From Armatimonadota bacterium (GTDB taxonomy: Bacteria; Armatimonadota; Hebobacteria; Hebobacterales; Hebobacteraceae): DNA of 45,578 nt. The first letter of the stretch is position 1. Each line of letters opens with the position of its first letter. The position numbers were made by a program, and so were the translations under genes. Positions 17,972-26,500 of this stretch are shown here, piece by piece. Where the stretch lies: contig JBEKKD010000002.1 of the NCBI GenBank assembly GCA_050010895.1, positions 1 through 45,578 of the forward strand. Reading direction: 5' to 3'. Below the pieces are notes generated by a model. It ran no database searches. It saw only the letters and a list, made by a program, of their open reading frames with translations, and was not told the DNA's origin.

Positions 17972-19150
17972 TCACCCCACCCGCTTCTCGCCGGCGGGGC
18001 TCTGCCACACCGGCATGTCGATATCCGAGCAGAGCTGAATGACCAGGAGTTCGAGGGCGAAGGCCTCGTCCGCGATCTTGCCCTGGATACCTTTCATGGC
18101 GAGATCGCAGGAGAGCAGCGCCTGCAGCGCGCGGGTGAGCTGTTCCCACGAGAAGCCTGTCGCCGCCTGCATGGTGCGCTTCGCCATCCAGGGCAGGCGC
18201 GTGAGCTGCGCGAGAGCGTTCTTGCGGCCCTCCTGAGGCAGGAGTGCCGCGGTCTCCTCGTTCGGCTGCTGGCCGGGCCGCCATCCATGATCCATCAGCA
18301 ACTTGGTCTGCCAGATCAGCCTGACTGATTGGGCGAGCAGCCCTAGCAGTCGGCCGGGGTCCTCGCGGCGCTCCGTCAGCAGTTCGCGAAGAATCGCCAC
18401 TGCGCGGCCGGAGCTGCGCTGGCGGACCGCGTCCATCAAGCCCCAGACGTCCTCCTCCACCAGCCTCGGCGTCACCGCGTCCACGTCGGCCGTGGTGATG
18501 GCGGAGGCGTCGCCGACGTACAGCGACAGCTTCTCGACCTCCGACTCCATCTCGGCAAGTCCCGTGCCGACCCGCTGCTCCGCGAGTTTGCGGGCCGCCG
18601 ACGGCTCCAGCTTCTTGCCGCGCTCCTTGGCCTGCTGAATGGCCCAGGCAGCCGCCGCCGGTACCTTCATCGCCGCGAACTCGATAGCGAGGCCGTGCTG
18701 CTCGATCGCTCGGCGCAGCGCCGCGCGCACCGCCCGACGACGTCCGTTTCGGTCCGCGACTTCGGCGGTGACGAGGATCACCGACACCCCTTGCGGCAGC
18801 GCGCCCACATCCTTGGCGAGGCGATCCTGCTCATCCGCGTCGATGCGATCCGCCGACTGGATCACGAGCACGCGCGAGCCACCGAACAGCGCGCCGGTCT
18901 GACAGCGGTTAAGCAGGTCGCGAGCGGAGATGCCGGGGCCATCGAGCACCTCCCAGGAGATATCTTCGCCCGGTCTGATCGCCTCCTCACGCATCCGCGC
19001 CAACGCCCTGCGCTTGAGGTGGTTCTCGGGGCCGCAGAGAAGGCACCACGCGCCCAAGCACGTGAAGTCTTTGGCCTTCTCGTATTCCGCGTAGGAAAGC
19101 TTCACGGTTCCCTCGACCTGCCCAGTTGGGCAAGGGCTAGCCCCTGCCAC
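17972..19150 (-). CDS. holA: DNA polymerase III delta subunit
   Basis: The length and pattern fit HolA (LLCGPENHLKRRAL..., ALFGGSRVLVIQSA, VSVILVT, EMESEVEKLSLYVG, VWGLMDAV). The start is uncertain. The maximal ORF begins with GTG at 19150; an alternative GTG lies at 19105. Confidence 0.75.
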   Translation of the reverse strand: MAGASPCPTGQVEGTVKLSYAEYEKAKDFTCLGAWCLLCGPENHLKRRALARMREEAIRPGEDISWEVLDGPGISARDLLNRCQTGALFGGSRVLVIQSADRIDADEQDRLAKDVGALPQGVSVILVTAEVADRNGRRRAVRAALRRAIEQHGLAIEFAAMKVPAAAAWAIQQAKERGKKLEPSAARKLAEQRVGTGLAEMESEVEKLSLYVGDASAITTADVDAVTPRLVEEDVWGLMDAVRQRSSGRAVAILRELLTERREDPGRLLGLLAQSVRLIWQTKLLMDHGWRPGQQPNEETAALLPQEGRKNALAQLTRLPWMAKRTMQAATGFSWEQLTRALQALLSCDLAMKGIQGKIADEAFALELLVIQLCSDIDMPVWQSPAGEKRVG

Positions 19151-19172
19151 ATGGCATCAGGCCGACGCCCCC

Positions 19173-19820
19173 TCACTTCTGCCCGTACTTCTCCCGGTAC
19201 CTCTTATGCGCACGGGCTACCTCATCGGCGGGAATCTCGACCAGTTCACCAATCTGCATCGCCAGGAAACACGTCCGCGCCGCGTCCTCCACCATCACCG
19301 CACTCTTCAGCGCCGCCTCTGGTGACTCGCCGATGGTGAACACACCGTGGTTCTTCATCAGAATCGCCTTCGACGCGCCGATGCAGTCCACGACCGCCTT
19401 CCCGATTTCCTCCTCGCCGATCGCTGCGTACGGACCCACTGGGATCGGGCCGCCGAATTCGTCCGCGATCGCCGTCAACGAACACGGGATGCCTTTGCCG
19501 ACCGCGGCGAATGCCGTCGCGTAGTTCGAGTGGGTGTGCACCACCCCGTTCACATCCCCGCGCCGGCGGTAGATGTAGAGATGCGTCGCCGTGTCCACGG
19601 AAGGCTTGAGTTTCCCTTCGACCGCCTTCCCTGTGAGCCTCACGACCGACATGTCTGCAGGCTGCAAGCTTTCGTACGCTACGCCGCTCGGCTTGATCAC
19701 CACCAGGCCGGTTTCGGCATCGCGGCCGCTGACGTTCCCGCTCGTCATCATCACCAGCCCCTGCCTTTCAAGCTCCTTGTTAAGCCCGCACACCCGCTCT
19801 TTCAGCCCCTCTAGCATCAT
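19173..19820 (-). CDS. araD: L-ribulose-5-phosphate 4-epimerase / class II aldolase family protein
   Basis: The sequence LEGLKERVCGLNKEL...TSGNVSGRD...VVIKPSGVAYESL...VEGKLKPSVDTATHLYIY...VVHTHS parallels AraD, and the C-terminus ends KYGQK. The product is 215 aa. Confidence 0.8.
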   Translation of the reverse strand: MMLEGLKERVCGLNKELERQGLVMMTSGNVSGRDAETGLVVIKPSGVAYESLQPADMSVVRLTGKAVEGKLKPSVDTATHLYIYRRRGDVNGVVHTHSNYATAFAAVGKGIPCSLTAIADEFGGPIPVGPYAAIGEEEIGKAVVDCIGASKAILMKNHGVFTIGESPEAALKSAVMVEDAARTCFLAMQIGELVEIPADEVARAHKRYREKYGQK

Positions 19821-21244
19821 TCCTCCGTTCGGCAGGAGCCCCTGAGCCGGATCCGCGCATAGGACAGGGCATCGCCGCCGTCAGTTCGGGTTCCATAGAC
19901 GTCCAGGATGCGCGAGGGCGCAGAGCCAGCGCGCCAGGTAGCTGTGTAGAAGCGCGTAAACGGGCGCTCGAGAGGCACTCGCGCGGCTGGAGTCTGTGTG
20001 CCATCCGGGAGAATCTCGAGGACGCGATTCTCAGATACCTCTTCGCCCTTCTCGTTCTGACCGCGAACGTAGTAGAACGCATAGAGACGGCCGTCTTTCG
20101 TGACCTGGAATCGGCCGGTGCCCGGAATCTCGCTCGACTCGCCTTCGCCTCCGATCTGGATGGGCCGTTTCAGCTCTACCTTACCGCTGCGCACTCTCGC
20201 GTACATCAGCGCGTGGGTCTGCTTCTCGTTCGGGAAGAACTTCGCGCGCATCCGTTCATCGAGCGCGCGCTCCGTCCACAGCACATGCACAACTCCGTCC
20301 GGCCCGACCCAGAGATCGTTCGGCATGATCCAGCCGCAGGTCTTGTCGCGGCTGGAGATCTCAACCCAATCATGGAACGTGCCGCTCGCGATGTCGTCAC
20401 TCCACGTGAAGAAGAGACGGCGGAAATCGTAGTCCCAGTCTCGCCCGGAAACCTCTTTCTTGTACTCGCGCCACTGCGGATATGGCTCGATGACGTCGCT
20501 CACTCCGCAGAAGTAGACGGCGCGGTCCTTCAGCGCTACGGTCGGATAGCAGGTCCGGATCGGCGCGGGTTTCCGGTAGTCGGCTCCCCAGGGCCAGTTC
20601 AGCTTGCCATAGGCCGACCATGTGCCGGTACGGCCTCGGAAGCTCCATTCCGCGTGGGTGTAGCCTACATTCTGGAAGAGGATCAATTCGCCGTTCTTCC
20701 CGTCGGCGGCGAAGCTGCGGTAGGAGTGCTCGGTGAACTCCGGGACGCCCTCCCAGACCGGCAGAAGCTTTTGCGGGGCTGCGCCGGCACCTGCAGGGGA
20801 GAACCGCAATACCTCGGGCCTGGCAGGCCCGTTGTAGTCATCGGGCTCCGTCAGTGTCGGGTTATCGGAGAGAAAAAGCGATCCGTCCGAGAAGGATGCA
20901 AGCGGGCACGGCTCGCGCGTTCGCCCATCACCGCATCGGATGGCCTCCCAGTTGTCCGCACCGCGCTGGTAGAGGGTCCATCGTACATTGTTCAATGGTT
21001 TCGCGCCAGGTACCATGTCAATGCCGCTGATGAAAACCTTCTCTCCGGCTCGGGCAATGCAGGTCGAACCATACGACCATAGTGGACCTGCGCCGTTGTT
21101 CGCGGCCTGCGCGGAGTAGACATCTTCCTCCGCTTCGATCATCATCGCATCAGGTTTCGCGTGCTTATCCGGGTCTGCTTCAGATGATGAAGCGCCGAGC
21201 GCGCACACCAGAAATGCGGTAGCTATCATGCAGACATCGAGCAT
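19817..21244 (-). CDS. Secreted hypothetical protein (475 aa), no family recognised
   Basis: The ATG at 21244 lies 7 nt after GGAAGAG. The signal-like N-terminus is MLDVCMIATAFLVCALGASSS. The composition looks coding and is Trp/Tyr-rich. Its stop overlaps the araD start as ATGA. Confidence 0.6.
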   Translation of the reverse strand: MLDVCMIATAFLVCALGASSSEADPDKHAKPDAMMIEAEEDVYSAQAANNGAGPLWSYGSTCIARAGEKVFISGIDMVPGAKPLNNVRWTLYQRGADNWEAIRCGDGRTREPCPLASFSDGSLFLSDNPTLTEPDDYNGPARPEVLRFSPAGAGAAPQKLLPVWEGVPEFTEHSYRSFAADGKNGELILFQNVGYTHAEWSFRGRTGTWSAYGKLNWPWGADYRKPAPIRTCYPTVALKDRAVYFCGVSDVIEPYPQWREYKKEVSGRDWDYDFRRLFFTWSDDIASGTFHDWVEISSRDKTCGWIMPNDLWVGPDGVVHVLWTERALDERMRAKFFPNEKQTHALMYARVRSGKVELKRPIQIGGEGESSEIPGTGRFQVTKDGRLYAFYYVRGQNEKGEEVSENRVLEILPDGTQTPAARVPLERPFTRFYTATWRAGSAPSRILDVYGTRTDGGDALSYARIRLRGSCRTEE

Positions 21245-21389
21245 TCATGTACTCTTCCGCGCGGTGTTTGCTTCGCTCATGTGAGGTGTACTGTGTTGGT
21301 GAAGCGTGTCCTGCAGCGCGTTCGAAAGGTTGGCCGGTACTGGCCGCTTGCTTACAGAGAGGGCATTTAGCTTTGACGCAAAATTTCTC

Positions 21390-21418
21390 TTGCGTTGTGT
21401 TAGTTGCTATGGTATATT
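21390..21418 (+). promoter_or_regulatory. Candidate sigma70-type promoter facing dnaA
   Basis: TTGCGT (21390-21395) is separated by 17 nt from TGgTATATT, an extended -10 with TATATT at 21413-21418. It lies about 380 nt upstream of the dnaA ATG, and the DnaA-box cluster lies just downstream of it. Confidence 0.4.
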
Positions 21419-21470
21419 CCCGCCGTCGGTTAAGGTGACTTTGCGAGGGTGCCCGGGGTGAGTCGGGGAG

Positions 21471-21502
21471 TTATCCACAACTGTGAATACCGCTGTGGAT
21501 AC
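21471..21502. promoter_or_regulatory. Cluster of three DnaA boxes (oriC / dnaA autoregulatory element)
   Basis: A perfect TTATCCACA lies at 21471-21479. TGTGAATA lies at 21483-21490 (TATTCACA on the other strand). TGTGGATAC lies at 21494-21502 (GTATCCACA on the other strand). All three fall within 32 bp, about 300 bp upstream of dnaA. Confidence 0.7.
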
Positions 21503-21800
21503 AAGGTCGAACCTTACCTGCCTTCATTCGGGTCCCGCTATTCTCATACCAGCTTGGAAATTGGGCCAGGGATTCATAACATACCGGTAAAAAACCCAGC
21601 AATCATCTCACTATTTCGCCGCTGAACCATCTTCGCCAGGCTGATTTGCCTGCACCCGATTCCCCACATGGGGATTGCACCCTCCTTGTCCGGAGAGATC
21701 CGGGCGCCTGTCCGACAGCGGCCACTGGGCCAGCATCCTGTCCCGATCGCGCTGGGCGAACGCGAGTGGCATGGTTCAACCGTCCGACTAAGGGGGACGC

Positions 21801-23168
21801 ATGCGGGGATCACAGCCGTCTGTGCAGCAGGTGTGGGACCAGGTTCTCGATGTCTTGGGCAAGAAGCTTGCCCGTCCTTCGTTCGAAAGCTCCATCAAAC
21901 AGGTCCGTCCCAAGTCCATCGAGCAGGACACTCTCGAGCTCAGTGTGTCCTCCGAATTCGCTCGCGACTGGCTCAAGAAGAAAGGCCTGAAGGCGATCGA
22001 GGCCGCGGTCGAGCAGGTGATGGGACGGCCATTGAAGATCGTGCTCGAACTGGCCCAACTCGACTTGGATCTCGATGAGCGCCCAGCCGCGCCGCGCCGC
22101 CAAGTAAGAGCCGCCAGGACGCAGGATGAGGCCGTGCTCGCCACCAACCCGTTGAACCCGAAGTACAGCTTTGGGAACTTCGTAGTGGGCAAGAGCAATC
22201 AGTTCGCTCAGGCAGCGGCTCTCGCAGTCGCCAACAAGCCCGGCAACTCATACAATCCGCTGTTTCTCTATGGCGGCGTGGGGCTCGGGAAGACGCACCT
22301 CATGCAGGCCATCGGCCTCCACACCCTCGCCAGCCGGCCCGAGCTTCGGGTCCAGTACGTCTCAGGCGACACATTCACGTTCCACGTCGTGTCCTCCATC
22401 CGGGATGACCGGTTTGGGGCGTTTCGCAAGAAGTACCGCGAGGTTGACCTCTGGTTGGTGGACGACATCCAGTTCATCGCCGCCAAGGAGCGCACCGAAT
22501 CGGAGTTCTTCCAGGTATTCAACACCCTGTATGAGACCGGCCGGCAGGTCGTGATCACGAGCGATCGTCCGCCGAAGGAACTCCAGATCATGGACGACCG
22601 CCTCCGCTCCCGCTTCGAGTGGGGACTGATCGCCGATATCAAGCCACCGGATTTTGAGACGCGGATGGCGATCCTCGCTCGGAAGGCTCAAGCGGAGCGC
22701 GCCGATGTGCCAGAGGATGTGCTGCGGTACATAGCAGGTGTCGTCAAATCGAATATTCGCGTGCTCGAAGGTGCGCTCATCAAAGTGCTGGCCGCGGCGT
22801 CGCTGACGGCAGCCCAAATCGATCTCAAGTTAGCGGTCGAGCAGCTTCGCGACCATTCACTGGATACGCACCAGCAGCCGCTGAGCATCGCGCGGATCCA
22901 GCAGCTCGTCGCCGAGCATTTCAGCCTGACCGTCCCGGAACTGACGGCGCCGAACCGAACGCAAGGCGTTGTGCACCCGCGCCAGATCGCGATGTACCTG
23001 TGTCGCGAACTCCTCAATGCCTCCTTCCCGAGCATCGCGCGCGCCTTCGGAGGGAAGGACCATTCCACCGTCATTCACGCCTGCACAAAGATCCGCGGAG
23101 AGATGGACGACAACGCGATTCAGGCGCTGATCAATGAGCTTGCTGCGAAGCTTCGTTCCGAAGTCTGA
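21801..23168 (+). CDS. dnaA: Chromosomal replication initiator protein DnaA
   Basis: The sequence contains NPKYSFGNFVVGKSNQFA, the Walker A motif LFLYGGVGLGKTHLMQA, LVDDIQFI, ITSDRPP and RSRFEWGL. The C-terminal DNA-binding helix region is VHPRQIAMYLCRELLNASFPSIARAFGGKDHSTVIHA. The ATG follows AAGGGGGA. Confidence 0.97.
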   Translation: MRGSQPSVQQVWDQVLDVLGKKLARPSFESSIKQVRPKSIEQDTLELSVSSEFARDWLKKKGLKAIEAAVEQVMGRPLKIVLELAQLDLDLDERPAAPRRQVRAARTQDEAVLATNPLNPKYSFGNFVVGKSNQFAQAAALAVANKPGNSYNPLFLYGGVGLGKTHLMQAIGLHTLASRPELRVQYVSGDTFTFHVVSSIRDDRFGAFRKKYREVDLWLVDDIQFIAAKERTESEFFQVFNTLYETGRQVVITSDRPPKELQIMDDRLRSRFEWGLIADIKPPDFETRMAILARKAQAERADVPEDVLRYIAGVVKSNIRVLEGALIKVLAAASLTAAQIDLKLAVEQLRDHSLDTHQQPLSIARIQQLVAEHFSLTVPELTAPNRTQGVVHPRQIAMYLCRELLNASFPSIARAFGGKDHSTVIHACTKIRGEMDDNAIQALINELAAKLRSEV

Positions 23169-23335
23169 GAACCGTGTGAATGTGCGGTGGATTGCCTGCG
23201 CACAACATCATGCCGATCGCCAGAGTGAGATAGCGTCCGCTTGTTCCACAGGTATCCCCAACTTCGCTGCCGAGACGCGTGGATGATTCCTCCAGGAAAT
23301 CCCTAGCCTCATTCGTGATCTCCCCAGAACCACAG

Positions 23336-23382
23336 ACGTTAGTTTTATTATTATTACTCTCTTCTAGATCTTTCTTTTGGTT
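23336..23382. other. AT-rich tract with phased TTA/TAA triplets, a candidate DNA-unwinding element
   Basis: The tract acgTTAGTTTTATTATTATTActctcttctagatctttcttttgg has 12 G/C in the 45 nt I counted (23336-23380), within an otherwise G+C-rich window. Positions 23339-23356 read TTA GTT TTA TTA TTA TTA. A GATC site is also present. Confidence 0.45.
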
Positions 23383-23522
23383 CCGCAGCCGTTTCGTCCA
23401 CTGTTTGCCTGTACTCGTGGCGTTCCGATCAGCCACGGCTTCTCCGGTATCGCGGAACCAACGAAGGGCTTCTCCTGTCTAATGCGATGGTTGTCCCCTG
23501 CGATGCGAGGAGTGGATCTCAT

Positions 23523-26500
23523 ATGACGTACGGATTCCGCCGCTCCAGGAAATGGCTGGTAGTCATCGGTCTGTCGGTGGCTACGGCTGCGGTCGTAGGG
23601 ACAAGCGCGTCGCTCTCTTCCGGGGAGCTATCACCCCTGGAAACCGTGATCCGAGGACAGACGGACTGGCTAGCTGCCGGACCGGTTTCCCTGCGAGTTA
23701 TCGTAACCGACCACCGGACTGGCCGCCCGGCACGCGGCACTGTGCAGATCTCCATAGCCCCCACAGATCGACACGGCTCGAGAAGCACTCAGATCTTCGC
23801 CGGGAAACTCAGCGGGGGCACCGTCAACGCAGCATTTCAGGTTCCCGACGTTCCGCCCGGACGGTTCGAGATGGCCGTGAACGTTGCCTCCAACCTGGGG
23901 AAAGACACGGTCACGCGATCGGTCACGATCAAGCGCGAAACCCAGATCCTGCTGACAACCGATAAGCCGCTCTATCAACCCGGACAGACGATTCACCTGC
24001 GTGTATTGGCGCTGAGAAAGCCGTCTCTGACCCCTGCAGCGGGGCAGACAGTCACGCTCGAGGTGGAAGACTCAAAAGGCAACAAGGTCTTCAAACAGCC
24101 GCTCAGGGCGTCCAAGTTCGGCCTTGCGTTCGCCGACTTCACGCTGGCTGACGAGATCAACTTCGGCACGTACACGGTCCGTGCGGTCATGGAAGACGGC
24201 CAATCCGAGCGCACGGTTGACGTCAAACGCTACGTCCTCCCCAAGTTCAAGGTGGCCGCCACGACTGATAGACCCTACTATCTTCCTGGGCAGAAACTGA
24301 CCGGGAAAGTCCAGTGTGATTACTTCTTCGGCAAGCCGACCTCCAAGTCGGATGTCCTGATAACCCTGTCAAGCTTCGATGTGGGTTTCAAGGAGTTCGC
24401 GGAAATCAAGGGCGTGACCGACGACACCGGCCTCTTCAGGTTTGAGGCAGATCTGCCCGCGTACTTCGTCGGTCAGCCCCTCGAACAGGGCAGCACGTTC
24501 GTCAAGCTCGACGTGGAGGTGACGGATCGGGCCGAGCATACCGAGAAGGTGACCCAGACCGTGCCGGTGGCGAACAGTGAATGGATCGTGACCGCGGTGC
24601 CGGAGGCAGGCGAGATCAAGGTGGGGCTGGAGAACGTCGTGTATGTACTGGTATCGACGCCGGACGGGCAGCCCGTTCGCGATGTGCTGGTCCTCGGCAG
24701 CACATCGGTGATGACGAGGCAGATGCCTGAGTATGTCAGAGGCACAACCGATGACACTGGCGTCGCTGAGTTACGCTTCCAAGACATGGGCCGACGAAGC
24801 GACGCAAACACAACGTACCTAGAGGTGGGGGTCAAGGACAAAGCCGGCCGCACGGTAAGGAGAGAGGTCAACCTGCCTGCCACAAGGGGCGAACAGGCGC
24901 TCCTCCTCCGCGCCGACAAGGCCATATGCAAGGTTGGCGACTCGGTTCACTTAGCCGTGCTCTCCACGAAGCAGACCGGCACGACGTACATCGACGTTAT
25001 CCGTGACAACCAGACCGTCCTCACCCAGGCAGTTGACCTGACGCACGGACGCTCTCAACTGAGCCTGCCGATCTCGCATGACATGGCAGGCACGCTCGAG
25101 GTCTACGCCTACCAGATCCTCCCCGACGAGAACATCATCCGGGACACGCGTCGGATCTACGTCTCGCCGGCCGACGATCTGGTGGTCGAGGTGAGGCCGG
25201 ACCTGAAGACCTACCGCCCGGGGCAGCAGGCGAAGCTTCGATTCTCGGTGCGCGATCAGAAGGGGAAACCAACGCTGGCGGCCCTGGGAGTGACGATCGT
25301 AGACGAAAGCGTGTTCGCGCTCCAGGAGATGCAGCCCGGCCTGGAGCGGGTGTATTTCGCGCTCGAGAAGGAGTTGCTGAAGCCGCGCTATGAGATTCAC
25401 GGCTTCACCCCGGAAGGGATCATCTCGGGCCGCCTGCCGTTCGAGGCGCCAAGACCGGCCGAAGAAGAGGCGGCCCGGCAGCGAGCAGCCGCGGTGCTCT
25501 TCGCCGCCGCGGAGCAGCGCGATCCCTACACCCTCACGGTCAACACCTACGATGAGCGCGTGCAAAAAGCGATGGACGAGTGGGTCAAACAGGTCGCCCG
25601 CGATGCGGAACGTATCGACCGGGCGCTGCGGGCCTACTACCAGCGCTACCGCCAATACCTGGGGCAGAACGAAGACATCTCGGTCCTGGTGGATGAAGGG
25701 CTTCTCCGGAAGCGCGATGTTCGCGACCAGTGGGGCCGCCAGTACCGAGTCCATTGGTGGCAGGCCAACTGCAGCCTGGATTCCGCCGGCCCCGACGGGA
25801 AGTGGGGGACCAGCGATGACATCCTGGGCATCGGCCAATGGGCAAAGGACGGCCGCGGGGGCGGTAGGGGCGGCATGCGCGGTGGCGGCCTGGGCGGCGG
25901 AATCATGTTCAAAGCAGCGAGAGAGGCAGCCGGGCTCGACGCCGTGAACGCTCCAATGCCGGCGGCCGCCGCACCCCTGCAACTGGCCGCAGCCAAGCCC
26001 GAGTCTGCTGCGCAGCCCCAGGTGCGCCTCCGCCAGTTCTTCCCGGAAACGATGTACGTCAACCCCGCTCTGATCACGGATGAACGCGGGCAGGCGACCG
26101 CCACGGTGGAGATGGCGGACTCCATCACCACGTGGCGTCTGCAGGCCCTGGCGTCTTCTCAACGAGGCCAACTGGGGAGCGCTACCACCGGTCTGCGGGT
26201 TTTCCAGGATTTCTTCGTTGACATCGACCTGCCGGTGGCTCTTACCCAGAACGATGAAGTCTCGATGCCGGTAGCGGTCTACAACTACCTTGCGAAACCA
26301 CAGACCGTTAAGCTCTCCCTCGAGGAGCAGCCCTGGTTCGAGTTGGTCGATGGTGAGGCCGTCAGGTCCCTGGACATCGCGGCCTCCGACATCAAGGTCG
26401 TGTACTTCAGAGTTCGCGCGAAGAAGATCGGCATGAATGCGCTCACCGTCCATGCCCAGGGGACGACGCTCTCGGACGCCATCAAGCGCCAGATCGAGGT

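Noticed and set aside
21574-22078. 79-136-aa ORFs in and around the dnaA leader (21574..21813 -, 21646..21990 +, 21668..22078 +)
   Set aside because: They overlap the dnaA start region in other frames. They have no SD and no recognisable family. They are probably non-coding leader or origin sequence.
23131-23436. 101-aa - strand ORF in the dnaA-A2M spacer
   Set aside because: It overlaps the dnaA 3' end and crosses the AT-rich tract. It has no SD and low-complexity Asn/Lys/Glu composition unlike the rest of the proteome. The spacer is more likely origin or regulatory DNA.
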